A stretch of DNA of 64,000 nucleotides from Ramazzottius varieornatus (Eukaryota; Animalia; Tardigrada): positions 783,577 through 847,576 of the forward strand of contig BDGG01000003.1 in NCBI GenBank assembly GCA_001949185.1, written 5' to 3'. A program made the translations under genes and the position numbers. Shown one piece after another: positions 37,644-51,280 of the stretch (its first letter is position 1; every line of letters starts with the position of its first letter). The notes under the pieces are model-generated. The model was not told the origin of the DNA, searched no databases, and saw only the letters and a program-made list of their open reading frames with translations.

Positions 37644-39869
37644 ATGCCTGCCGGAAAGCGTCGTCCAAAGGCTGAAACCCGTGCTAAGTTGGGAAACAGC
37701 GATGGAGAATCGGAAGGACAGCGAACGTCGCCAAACAGCTCGGTCGGATCAGCGGTGGAGGAAGCAGCTCAAGCTGTGCCTGTGACGACCACCATCGAAC
37801 CTCATCCATTCCATCCTGTGCCTTTCTACGCGTTGCAAAACATGGCCTCGCGCTCGGTGGTCTCTCCTGCCAAGACACCCGCACCCAACAAACCGGCTTC
37901 CGTCAAGAAAACAGCCGTCAATCCCGTTACGGGCAAGCCTATCCAGACGGCCATTAAGACCATCAACAACGCGGGTGTGAAAGCCGTCAGCCCGATGAAA
38001 GCAGCCACGACGCAAACGGCCAAGCCTCCCGTGGTGAAACCTCCACCTAGACCTCCGCAGGATGTTCGCAGTGGCCCTACCACCCCGGAAAAGATCCTTC
38101 TCAAGTGAGGAACGCGTGTATCCCCCACAGGAAATTTCGTATGGTTGATTCATGGCAATCAAGAAGAAGAACTCAGCTGACGTGACATGATTTTCGCGAG
38201 GGGTCCTCGGCACGACCTGTTCTAGTCCGCTACCTTCAGGGCTTTAGGCCTACCATTCCAAGTTCCAACGTTAATTTTTTCTTCAAGTTCGGTTCCTTAA
38301 TCTCACTGATTCTTCCTCGCAGGGATTTGGCGAAAGGAAAGGAGGCCAATCCTGTTCGAGTCATCAACATCGTCGACGACACTCCGGTGCCGAAGTTTAA
38401 GTACATCTCGCAACGGGAAACTGCGCCGGACCTGCAGCCGCTCATCGATGAAGAAAGCGCCTTGAGTCGTTACGAACCTGTAATATCCTCAGCTTCTTTG
38501 TTCCTTTCAGGGTACTACACTCTGAAAGTCGTTTTGTAGTGTTGTACCAGCGAAACATGTGGACAGCTGTGCGAAGAGAAGGTCTGTCCGTGCCGAACGT
38601 ACTCGGGGACCAAGATAACATATCGAGTAAGTCTCGACTTCCGGCGACCGGAAGTGGACCGAAGTGACGCGCTGTTTCTTTTTTCAGCGATATCTTCTGC
38701 TGTACCAGCAAATGGAAACGTACGATAACGTTACGCAGGCTATCAAGGAGTGTAATTACTCTTGCTACTGCCACAAGGCCAAGAACAAGGCCAAGAAGGG
38801 GCAGATTTCGTGCTACAATCGGACATTTTCCAAGGGGGCAAAGTATGGCCGTCTTTACCTTCTTCTTGGTATCAAAGAATGATCCCGATAAATTTTGATA
38901 GGGTTTCGGTGGATATCTTCCGTACGGAAGGGCGTGGCTGGGGTGTGAGATCGCGGGAGGTTATTCGTGAAGGCGAATACATCGGAGAGTAAGTTGGAAA
39001 TATTGAATGACGCGGGATTTGTGTCACTGAGTAATGCTTCCTGAATCAATTGGAGCTGCTTTTGTTGTTTAGGTATGTGGGGATGTTGAAGCGCGACGTG
39101 CCGTCCGACGTTACCGGAGGCGATTATGTGCATGGTCTTGGCGAGGTAAATACCCATCGATTTCCCTCCAGATCCGCCATGCGAGAAGCGCTGTAACTTC
39201 TCGTAACTTCTCTTCGTTTTTGTTCTAGAAACTGGCCGGTCATCGAGTGGCGGTGGATGCGGAGCAGCAGGGAAATTATACCCGGTATGTCTGGGTCATT
39301 TACCGTAAATCTTCTTCTGTCAGAAAAAGATCGTTTTTCTTCTGTGTATGATTCGGTTCCCTGTTGTAGGTTCATCAATCATTCCTGTGATCCGAACGTG
39401 TTTGTGGCAAAGGTGGCTTATGAGACAACGATCCCAGGGTTGTTGCACTTGTGCTTGTTCGCGTTGAAAGAAATCAAAGCTTACGAAGAGATTCTGTAAT
39501 TATCTTGCTTTTTTTCCCACCATCCCATGAAATGCGAAAGGTTGTGAAAATTCTTTCAAAAGTGAATGAAATTATTTTTGCGTATTCAGGATCGATTATG
39601 GGTACGACTTCTGGGTGGCCAAGGCGAGCAACGGCATTTACTGCAAATGTGAGACCAAGATGTGCCATCATCCGCACGCGAAGCTGTCGCAGTTGCCGTT
39701 GGGTTCACAGCTCGAGATGTCTGAAGAAGAGGACGTTGGAGAAGAGGAGGAAGACCGGGGGGATACCGAGGTGTACGACAGCGAAGACGATGACGAGGAC
39801 GTCACGCCGGAATCAACCGAGAGCAAGTCCACCACAGGCTCTGGAACCAGCACCGAAATTGAAGTTTAG
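37644..39869 (+). CDS. SET-domain H3K9 methyltransferase-like protein (G9a/EHMT/SUV39 family), multi-exon
   Basis: Pre-SET DLAKGKEANPVRVINIVDD..FKYI, Cys cluster, IKECNYSCYC..CYNR. SET IFRTEGRGWGVRS..GEYIGE|YVG, GNYT|RFINHSCDPN, EEIL|IDYGYDFW. Post-SET CKCETKMC. Acidic C-terminal tail. Confidence 0.85.
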
Positions 39870-40819
39870 AATGTCAGGTTTTGTTTAGCTCGATTGAATG
39901 TTTGCAATCAAGTTGAATAACCGGCATAATATTTGTGAAAGCTATTCTGACCACGGAGAAGATTTGGATGGATTCTGGGTAGTTTTCGATTCTGATATCC
40001 TAGTGATGCATGAGTTTCTTTTCAGTAAAGTGTGTCATTATTCAAAGCTTGGGCGACTATAGGCGTTCTCTGGAACGGACTCCAAGTGGTAATTTCAGAC
40101 AGGCATTTTTGTAAGCCGGAAATACTGAGGCTTTCTATCTTTGCAACCGTTCCGAAGGCTCTTAAATGAGAGCAGTGACTTCGACCCAGAGGAGCTGTTG
40201 TACTGAGCTACTGTGTGAACCGGTGTAACCTACTGCACGAGTTGTTGGAAGGGCCCGGAAGGGGATGACTGATTTCTGAACGTAAACGTCCCATAGTCCA
40301 TAAAAACAAGTGCAAGAGCCCCGCCTCGCGACCGGCTGGCTCCACCCTGTTATCACAGATGTCCATGTGACGTCATACGTGTGATGTAGTCAACACCACG
40401 GTTGCCATTTCCGCACTTAGTACATCCAGCCTTGACCAACCTTATTCTCCGTGAATCTTCCACTAGAACTTCTCTTAGATCGCACTCCGCCATCTTCCCT
40501 TCTTCTGGAGTTCCTGTGTGTTACCAAGACGGTACATGAAGCCACAGCATCGCAACTGCGTCTAAGAGACGTATCGAGAGTTGTGTCGGCCTCCAATCTG
40601 CTGTCAATTCCACTGGAGATTGCTGCTTCGAAGCAGCGACATGTGAAACTTATCCACTGGATCAGTCTGCTGCTGGTGCGTGATCGTACGGTGAGTTAAG
40701 AACTTACGGTTCGTAAAACGCACTAGAATATTTGGTTACAGTAAATGCTTATGTGTTGATTTTGCAGTGGCCGTGGTAGTGTGGACGAACAGAGGATGAC
40801 CGCGCAATGAGAACTAGCG

Positions 40820-43800
40820 ATGTCGTCGTTTACGCAGTTACTCCTGACGTTTTCTGTGATATGTCTGTTCCTCTGCAGTCCCTACTCTTCCTGTGGAACG
40901 CTGGCAGATTACCTGAAAGGTAACAAGGGGCTCTCTGTGGCCAGGGACAGGAGAGCTACCGACGAGAACATCTCACTTAACAACGCAACGCGCGTTGGTT
41001 CGGTTGGTGCATCGTATGGCTTTCTCGACAGAAATGTCTCTCTCAAATCTGTTGTGGTCGTTGGACCAGTTAACCCCACGGAAGCCGTAAATCAGATTCG
41101 GCTGAACGACGAGATAAGTAAGTTTTTGCTTCTTATCAGAAGACATCTTAGTTAACAGCAACAACTTTTCAAGATATTTGATTGACGATTGAACAGCGGA
41201 AGCGGAGCGGCATATCACATCAATGCAGCTGGTTTGCCGCTCCTACTCCGTTAGGCAACCAGGTTCGTATGGTTGATTGACGGTAATGTTTTTGACTTGA
41301 TTGACATCTTGGCTTGTCTTGCAGTTTGCTCAACGACGACTATCTCTTCCTTCGTGGAAAACTTTAAGGCTCTTCGCAACTGTACAGTCATTGAAGGACG
41401 ACTGATCATAGGACCCATCGACTTCCCAGAGAAGCCGTTTGAAGAGATATCGTTTCCGCATTTACGAGAGATCAACGATTACCTGCTGGTGTACCGTGTG
41501 ACAGGCCTGAGGACCCTCAGGAACCTCTTCCCTAACCTGGCTGTCATCCGGGGCAAACAGATGTTTAAGGGTAACTCCCTGGTCATCTTTGAGAATCCTG
41601 ATATGGAAGATCTAGGCTTGATCTCGCTGATGCATATTCAACGAGGTGGTGTGTGGATCACCAAGAATCCCGTCCTGTGCTACCTCGATACCCTCTCGTG
41701 GAAGAAGCTCCTAGGCGAAGAATGGGCCAAAGTCTACCATAAAGAAAATAGGCCCGAAGAACAGTGCGTTAACCAGTGTCCAGGAAACTGCAGGACATTC
41801 TACTCGACGAGCCATCAACGAGAACGCCACATGTGCTGGACCACCAACGACTGTCAGCAAGGTACGAAAACAGTCTTCGATTCAAATTCAGAATTACCAA
41901 GCGAACTGTGAAACATCACCGGGAATAGGTGTCGTGGTTATGGTACTATCCCGCGGTAGTTATGAACGGACCGCTGGTATAGAATGTCCAGCGGTCAGCG
42001 AGACGATGACGTCATCCGTTAGAGGGGTGGCAGTGTGACGTTCTGCGCGAGTCTAGCTGGTTAGTTGCGGTGTATTGGTTCCGGGTCTGAGCAGCTGAGG
42101 GTAGTGTCGGACCGACCATGTGGTACTTTTTTTCGGTTGCAAATGGTTGCATTGTGAGCCTTTCTGACCTTGTTCCTTCTTGTAGTGCCACTTCCAGCAT
42201 GCAATGCTGTCGATCAGAAACAGTGCTGTCATTCCCTGTGTATGAGCGGCTGTTTCGGCGGAGAACGTAATGAGTGTCTGGTGTGTAATAACGTGCACTA
42301 TAGTGGGGCCTGCTATCATTCGTGCCCGGCATTTACTTACGAGGTAAGCGTGGTCTATGGGGGTTTATGGCTTTATACTGGGATTGCCGGAGTATACTCC
42401 TGGGGAGAAGTGTCATTTGCCGCGAACATAAACTGATGAGTTATTTGTGTTGCAGGTTCGCGGACGACGCTGTGTGACGGAAGCTGTCTGTCGTAATTTC
42501 ACACTGGATGGATACGCGAGGGATTTTAAGGCCCACGAAGGACATTGTCGGAGAGAATGCCCGGCGAATTTCATGACGGACCCGTTGGATATTCACAGAT
42601 GCGTACCCTGCGCTGGACCCTGTCCGAAAAGTCAGTAGGAAAATATCAAAACAAATTCAGAAAAAGAACTGGTTAGAAACCGATAAATGTTCTGAAATTA
42701 AATGTTGTATTTTTCTTTAGCTTGCAAAACAGCAACGGTGACGACGGTCGATACGGCGGAAAGGTTGAGACAGTGCACGATCATCAACGGGAGCTTGGAA
42801 ATCCAGATTGGCAAAGGAGGTACGACCGTTACGCTCATTGGAGCTTTTTCTCGTGTGTCATCATGGCTTGTTCGCCTACTCGAGCGTCAAAGACTGTAAT
42901 CAGAGGATGATGCGTGGGGCTGATTTCTTTTCTTCTCTGATTACAGAACAAATTATCGCAACGCTGGAGCAGACCCTGCAGAACATCGAGCACGTTACGG
43001 ATTACATCAAGATTATCCGCTCGCACGCCCTTCTTTCCCTCAGCTTTTTTAAACGTCTCCGTTTCATCGGAGGAGTCAACACCGCACCTGGAGGCTACGT
43101 AAGTAAACGTTGCTGTCCGTTCTCTCTGCGGAAAATAACGAGAAATATAACATAATAGGACTTGGACTGAACAAACTCTTCAGGATCTTGTTTCCAAGTG
43201 GCGCATCTTTCGAGCCAAAAACAGTGTTACCGTGCGCCGCTTGGAAAACAGTCTCGCCGTGGTTCCAATTCGTTCAAAATAAAATGAACATATCTTTCTT
43301 TTTGTAGGCTTTGATGGTGATTGACAACCAGAATCTGCAAGACCTCTTCGATTTCACTGCCGAGCGTCCGACCCTGCAGATCGGTAACGCATCAGCCAAA
43401 GTAGCCTTTCACTTTAACCCGCGATTGTGTCTGGGCAAAATCGACGTCTTGATGAATCAAATCTCCGCGGCGCTGAACACGACCTACGATCCGCGGGACA
43501 TTTCCACAACGTCCAACGGTGATCGTGTGGCTTGTGACATCAGCCTCTTGAATCTGATCGTCGGCGAAAGAGGCTCGGAAGTGGTAAATCAAGTCGGAAA
43601 AGACGGCCAGAATTTTGAAGAGAACAAATGATCCGAATTTCATTCGTGATTTCGGCTCTTGTGTATGTACAATTTTGTGTTTTCGCAGGTCATATTGACG
43701 TGGGATGTCTTCGAGATGCCCGATCCAAGATCCCTATTGGGCTACGTTCTATACTACCGCGAGTCACCGGTCCGTAACCTGTCCAAGTACGAAGGCCGAG

Positions 43801-46800
43801 AAGCCTGTTCGGGTGATACTTGGCAGCAGATGGACCTTCCGCCCCACGACGAACGCGACAAGATAATTTATCAGCCGCTTTATGGCCTGACACCTGGTGA
43901 GTATCGGGGTAATCATCCTGTCACGCGAAGGTGTTCGGAAGCTCGGGTTGGGAGCTCGGCAAACAAATTTGACAAAATCTTCTTTGCAAGTGGTGCATGC
44001 TTCCAGCCAGCAACAGCGGGAATGCGCGCCAGTTGGGAAACAGTCCTGCCGAGCTACCAATTATCATTTTGTCAAAGTACTCGTAACAGCTTTTGGTGCT
44101 GTTTATTTGTAGCCCGTCAGTATGGAGTATATGTGACAACCTATACCATCGCCTCCGAACGTCAAGGAGCGCAAAGCGACATTATTTACTTCACCACCTT
44201 GTCGAAGCAACCATCAAAGCCGGTCGCTGTCACCACCGAGTCGGTCAGCTCGTCCGAAATCCGCGTCTACTGGCAGCCTCCCGCTGAACCTAACGGCCAG
44301 ATCGTCCATTACAACGTCCGCTGGCAGCGCCTGCTTCGCTTTGACCATCGGCAGAGATTACGCGAACGAGATTACTGCCAAAATGGTAAAAATCCGAACC
44401 GTGACCATACCGTAACTCCGTACCGAATATTATGTATCTACACCATACCGTACCTCCGCATCTTACTCTACATTTTCCGTCCTTCTCAGCGATCGTTCCA
44501 TCGAAGCAGTACTTCCAAGCTTCCATTACCACCACGCCTCTCCCGGTGGCTGGTAGTGCTACGTGTAACTGCAATGGAACAAAAGAAGCAGATGCCGTGA
44601 GGATCCCCACTGGCCGAACGCCCGAAGAGCACGAAGAATACATCACTATGGAGAACGCCATCCAGGACCTGGTCTTTGTCAAGCGCAATAAACGCGATGC
44701 TACCGCGGTCTTCCCTGCTGCCGACACCACCTCGACGATGCTGGGCTTCATTGACAGCTCTACCGCTAGCTCCTCGAATGGAACGAAGAGTGAGAACGTA
44801 ACAGTCACGACGGAGCTGCAAGAAGATACGACAGTGGGAAATTCGACGGCTAAACCGAAACCGACACCAGCCACCTCGAACGAAACCATCCACCAACGGC
44901 AGATTACTGAAACTCAGTATCTGATCAAGGATCTTGTTCATTTCACCGACTACGTTATTTGGGTAAACTGATGAAATGAACTGAACCGAGGTGTTTTCTT
45001 GAGTGGCGCACGGTGTTAGCTGATAACAGTGTACCCGTGCGCCACTTGAGATGATGATGTAATTCACTGTATTTGCCCACGACGGCCCCACGTCTCAAAT
45101 AAACTTGTCCAAGATTAAGTTTCTTCGTGGAATATTTTTTAACAATCTGCTTGGTGTTTTTTTTCACAGGTGGAGGCTTGTCACAGTGACGAGGCTGCGC
45201 AGTCAGTTGGAAATGGCAACACGGAACCCGGGAAGTTCCGTTATCCGCCGTGTAGCTCGGGTGCGAACGCCAACCCCAGTCAGACGCTGGCTCTGCAGGG
45301 AGCTGACAACATTCCCAGCGATACTGTGGTGGCTAACTTTGTCCAACAACAAACAGCTTCGACGTCACATCCCGTCATCCAGATATCCTGGAACGACCCA
45401 CCTGCGCCTAATGGCGCCATCATCCGCGTCGATATCGAATATGCGTCTCCAGAACGTCCGGTAAGCCTCATCTGGGTAGTCAGCGGCAAATTTCGGAAGC
45501 GCTGAATGTCAACACCGGAAGTCAACAAACGTTCTAACTGTTTATCCAGTAAACATTGTTCTAATTTATCTTCGGCTTCTTTTGCTGGTCTCTAACTTGG
45601 GTTATAATTTGTTGAAGTCCGATGAAATACTCACGATAGTCAGTTTTACGTTTTGAAAAATAACTCTGAGCAAAACTTGGGTTGTTTTCCGCAAAATATT
45701 TAGGGACGGATATTTTTTTCCAGACGCCGAAGTCCGAGTGTATCCCACGAACCAAGCCAGGTAACGAATTGCCAGTTTACCGCATGGATTTTGTGGGCAT
45801 GCCGTCGGGTAACTATTCCTTCCGCCTTCGGGCTTCTACTTTCGCCGGCAACGGTTCGTGGACCGAGCCAGTCTTCATCCTCTACGAACAACCAGCCGGG
45901 ACTCCCTCTGGATACTCTTCTGAAACGGTGGCCGGCATCGTTTGTGGCTGCTTGATGATCGCGGTCGTGGTGGGCATTGCCAGCTTCTGCATCTGGAAGA
46001 AACAGTAAGAAACTTTCCTTACTCAAGGGTCGACCTTTCGGTAAAAACTGTTTACCGAAGGGTCCCCCTTCAATCAAAGCATGACATATACAAGATAAAA
46101 ATGTTTTCCCTTTTTTAGTTTTAAGAAAGAAATTCCACCTCTGCCGAACCAAGTCTCGGTTAACCCTGACTATTACTCATACACACCGGATGAATGGGAA
46201 GTACCCAGAGAAAACGTGGAGTTGGTCAAAGAGCTGGGCATGGGCTCTTTCGGTAAAGTCTTCCTGGGTATCGCCAAGAATATCCTGGCGGGCGTCGACA
46301 GGCTGGAAGTCGCCGTCAAAGTAAGCCCCGAGTCCCTTCCACACTCGTGGGAAACAGTATGAGTTAAATCTATTTTTCACTTGTAGACTGTCAACGAGGA
46401 CAAATCCATGTCGGAGAGGAGTTTCTTCTTGCAAGAAGCTTCCATTATGAAGTATAGTTTATTGAATTTTTTTTTTATTTCTCTTTTTTTCGAAGACAGT
46501 TGTTTCGGTCCTTTTGGGGCACTGACGATTGTTGATACTTTACTGACGACAGAGTTCAGTGCGGTATTTCTTCCACAGGGAGTTTCGATGTGCCCACGTT
46601 GTGAAGCTTCTGGGTGTGGTCTCCGAAGGTGCTCCGGCCTTGGTCATCATGGAGTTAATGAGTAACGGGGATCTCAAGACGTACCTACGGAATCAGCGAC
46701 CCGAAGAAGAGCATCCTGATCGAACACCGCCGCTCCTTTCACGCATCCTTCAGATGGCCGGCGAGATCTGTGACGGTATGGCCTACATCCACTCGCGCAA

Positions 46801-48016
46801 ATTCGTCCATCGCGACCTGGCAGCTCGTAACTGCATGATAGCGAGTGACTTGACAGTCAAAATTGGAGACTTCGGCATGACCAGAGATGTGTACGAGACG
46901 GACTACTATCGAAAAGGTAGGAAATTAAAAAACAGGCCGAATTTCTCGTACCCGTCGCCAAACCACGCAGCCTACCATGCGTTTATCATGATCTTGTTCA
47001 ATGGCAAAGCGTGTGTCTGACTTTGTGTTCACGGCCGGGTTACTGACCCTCTTTCACGTGTACGTGGGGAAAAAAATGTCGGCTAGACCTGACGTTGCGG
47101 CGGGTGGCGAACCGATTTTCTTTCACAAGCTTCTTGCTTTCATTTGCAGGTGGGAAGGGTCTTCTGCCCGTTCGCTGGATGGCTCCGGAATCTCTAAAAG
47201 ACGGCCTTTTCACCAACGAGTCCGATGTATGGTCTTTCGGCGTGGTCTTGTGGGAGATCGCCACGCTAGCTGCCCAACCGTACCAAGGGCTGAGTAACGA
47301 GCAGACACTCAAGTTTGTGATAGATGGTAATATCATGGAGAAGCCGGAAGGCTGCCATGATATGCTGTATGATATCATGAAGAAGTGCTGGCAGCGGAAC
47401 GCAAAAGACAGGCCGACATTCCTTCAGGTAGATTTGTTCCAACTCAAAATAATATTAGGTGAATAATTTGAATATCTTTTTCGTAGATCATTGCGGAGTT
47501 GTTACCGCACCTGAGCGATAAGTTTCGAGAAGGTGGCGAAGCCTACTTTGCCACCGTCGACACGAATGAAGTCCTGCGTGGTCCCACGCGCCACGACAGT
47601 GAAGTCGACGTCCCTGCCACCGTCGACGGAGCCTCGCCTTCCGCCACACCGCATTCACCCGGTGCTCGGGTCCTGAGCATCTTCGTCAAGGACGATGTAG
47701 GCGACGGTGAAGAAGAACCCGACTCGACCGAGACTGACACGCTACTTAACAGTCGCTACGTCGAACCCCAAATTGTTGTACAACAAAATGGTGAGTACTT
47801 TCCGGTCAAGCAAGATGTTGTTAACAGAGTAATGGTTGATTGTGTATCGTTACAGGTGGGTCGACCGTGAGTTCGGCTGATAACAGCAAAGCCATGGTCC
47901 TGACTTATCCCAACGCCGTGGCTAATGCCTCGGTCACCTCCGATGGGAACATCGGCAAGACGTTGGGCAATGGCGGGGCGAGTCAGACTTCGCTGAGTGC
48001 TAGGACGGTGTATTAA
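40820..48016 (+). CDS. InR: insulin/IGF-like peptide receptor tyrosine kinase
   Basis: Signal peptide, L1 ([35 protein letters not shown]), Cys-rich region, L2, FN3 domains, furin site KRNKR, TM ([23 protein letters not shown]), [32 protein letters not shown] and [10 protein letters not shown]. Stop TAA at 48014-48016. Confidence 0.95.
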
Positions 48017-49255
48017 GCCCGAACAGTTGCTTTCGTGGTAGTTTTATGTCTTTTTTGTACTGGCCAAAGAATAGTATCCTATGTTGTGCTCCCTTTTCTT
48101 GGTTTTTCTGCTTTTTACATGTATTCGGTTGGCATGCATCCTTTTTATTCTGTCAGCACAGTCTGCAAGGGTTGCAGTATCTAAACTGCCGGAATTTTAG
48201 TGGCAACTTCTAGCTTTTACGAGCGCATCACCTGCTGAGTATAACCGTGTACTTTGCGGCTCGAGTGTCAACAACAGATGCGGCCGAGGTGGTAAAAGGA
48301 AGGATCGCCAAACCTTTTTTGGCCATTCCGCATAGCGCTCGGTCCAGCAAGCATCGTCCAGCTCCTGTGGTTGTCTGTAAATCAGCTGAGCAGAAAAGGC
48401 TGGCGGACATTGGACGCCTTGACTTGAGATAATCCGTCGTTATCGAGGCTCAACGGAGATCATTTCCTCTTTGCTCGGAGTAGTAAAGGCCCTAGTATCA
48501 GAAGCGAAAGGGGGTGAGGCGTCCATCGATAGATGTTGCAGTCGCAGGTGAAGCTCCGGAGCCTTTCATCTTCGAACAGGAACTAATATGGCCCGTGGCT
48601 TCTAGGTTCTGCAAGGTACTTGAGGTACTGTATGCGATAATGCCATAACATGCTCATTTTGAGTCCGTCTCGCACACACTTCATGTCGCGACATTGAAGA
48701 CCAGTTTTCGCTCGATCTTTAACTTTTCCAATTTCACAATTCTACTGCCCTGTGTGAAGCTTTCGTTCACTCTACAATACATCCAGACGGCTATCAGAAC
48801 GGTGTGGTCGTTGCTGTTTCATTGAATTTTTAGATGTCCAAGCAGTGTCGAATCAGAGTGTATCCCGGTGTGTCGACGTCTTTTTTCAAGCACTTTGAGG
48901 CGGTAAAACGAGGATCGCGATGTCCAAGAAGAAGTTTCCAGAAATAAGGTTCGCATGGTTTGGTGTAGCGTTTTTGGGGCATCATCCGGTTCCTGTCTGT
49001 GCCACTGAATAGCCAGCGCGGATATACGACCGGAACTTGACTAAATGAATAGGGTAATCCGGTATTGCTTTTGTTCGACCTGTCAAATCAGTTTCTCACC
49101 TCAACCAAATTTCGGAGACGCATCGCTCATGTTACACTTCTTTTGATACTGTTTCCGTGCGGGGCTGAGGCTAGACAGATCTGCTCTACTGTCGAAGAGT
49201 GATATCAGTTAGGAAGCCATCGCAAATTGAGGTGAGACAGTACAGGTATACTTGC

Positions 49256-51068
49256 ATGATCAAGATGGTTTCCGTATGTCTGAATGTTCTGTTGGTTCTT
49301 GGCACGACCCTCGCCACAGCAGCGTACAGTTATCCCAAACCGGTTGCAGTAAGTCCAACGTTGGCTGCTAGTGGTCAGTACTACCACAACATCGGGACAA
49401 CAGCATCTCCGTCTATCGACTGCCATATCGCAATCCTCGGCGCTGGCTTCGCCGGCACATATGCAGCCTACCAACTGTCACCGCAATTCAAGGATCAGAT
49501 ATGCGTCGTGGAGAAGCTGACACGGATTGGCGGGCGGATCCACGACGTCAGCGAACACGATGGGGAGAACGAGCCACTTTACGGACTTGGACCACTGAGG
49601 TTGGGAGCGGGCCAGCTCAACATGCTGCGGCTCGCTAGAGAACTTGGTGTGGAGATTGAGTTGGACGATGAGAGCGCCGCTGTAATCCATCAGACTCGTG
49701 GCGTGTCCATCCTGTCGAAAAAGTCCATATCCAACAGCATGGATCTGTGCGTCAGAGTGTTCCCTACACTCAACTGTTCCGGGTAAGGTTTTCTAACCCC
49801 GACATGGTGGTCAGATGGACTACTGCGCCACTTCACCGAGACCCTTGTTTTCCCGATATCTAAACGCGTCTCGCTCTCTCGGTTCTTTGAACGAAATGTG
49901 TTTGATATATGGAAGAATATCTTACTTTACAGATGGAACAACAAGGACACAGACAGAGGCATGTGGAAACACATCGTGGATATCTACAAGAAGCAACCTG
50001 AGATCGTCAGCCAGTATGCGGACTTCACACTGTTTGTCCGAGCACTGGTGGGAATCGAAGGCTTCGAGTTCCTCCGCGCAATGACCAAGTTCCAGTCGGA
50101 TTTCGAACCCGGAAATACGGCCGAGACCATAGTCAGTCCACTGGCGCACATGACAAGCTTCCGAAGCGGATACTTTTATCCGAAAGGCGGCATGTCGCAG
50201 TACCCCTTCCGCATGATCAAGAGAGCTATAACGAACGGTGCGCGGGTTTTCCTGGGCGAAGCTGTCCTGAGTATCGACGGCGAACCGCAGGACCGGTTCG
50301 TGATCAAGACAGCCAAAAGAACGATCGTTGCCGACAGAATCATCAACGCCATCGACCCTTTCCCCTTCAGGAATATCACTGGGAATGTCGCGAGGGAAAT
50401 CCAGAACACGGCTGAGTTCCAAAGCATCAAGTGGACGGCAGTTGCCTCAGTGCTCGCTTGGTGGGATGATCGCTTCTGGGAAAAGTCAAGCATCGTCAGA
50501 GGACACAATGTCATCCAGACGTCGAATCACGCCGAGTGTCTCAACTTGATCGAAACACCCATTTACGAGTACGCCAAAAGCCAGAACGCGACAAGGCCGG
50601 TGTACGACGACGGTGTGTGCGTTGAGACGTGGCGAGCCGTGCTGAACAGTGGGAATACGTCCTTGCTGAAGGAGGAAATTGCGGCGGGTATGCAGAGAGT
50701 CTTTGGCGACGTTGTGGCTCCGTGGCCTAGGACCGTCAAAGGTACTTCTGAACACTTGATTGACTTTATGCTGACAGAGTGGTTTCAGTTCTGGGCTTCT
50801 CTTGTCCGCAGGTATGATCCACGAGCAAGCATGGCACAACGTGAGGGCGCTGTCAAAGTTCACCAATGAGGATATTCGGAGGTGGGCCATACAGCCCTTG
50901 GGCAACCGGGATGTATCGATGATCGGAGAAGCCTACCACCCGGCGTACTCCTCGTGGTGTGAGGGAGCACTACGGTCCACCATGGGCACGTTACAAGAGC
51001 ATTATGACTTTTCTTTCCCTTGTCTCGAATCACAGACCCTGACTGCTGCCGACTGCGCTACTCACTAA
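49256..51068 (+). CDS. secreted FAD-dependent amine/L-amino-acid oxidase family protein, 3 exons (49256-49782, 49933-50741, 50812-51068)
   Basis: Hydrophobic signal peptide, IAILGAGFAGTYAAYQL dinucleotide-binding motif, EK..RIGGRI (GG motif), PKGGMSQ, and C-terminal IGEAY....SWCEGAL. Confidence 0.82.
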
Positions 51069-51280
51069 GCAGAGTTTGAAGTTCCCCTTGTGAAGTGGAA
51101 TGGAGTGTGACACGAACTACTGTTTTAGCCTTTCGATTCTTTTGATCTTATTGTCGTGACGCCGAAGAGTCATGGCGCATCTGGACGTCCCTTATCACGG
51201 TAAAAAAACTTATGCCCATCGACCAGTGCCAAAGTCTGCGAACCTACAGTATGTCATGCACGTGCTACGATAGGGAATGG

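Noticed and set aside
46025-46070. Small hairpin in an InR intron (others at ~41968-41996 and ~18470-18512)
   Set aside because: These are short and single-copy here, and are compatible with chance or MITE remnants.
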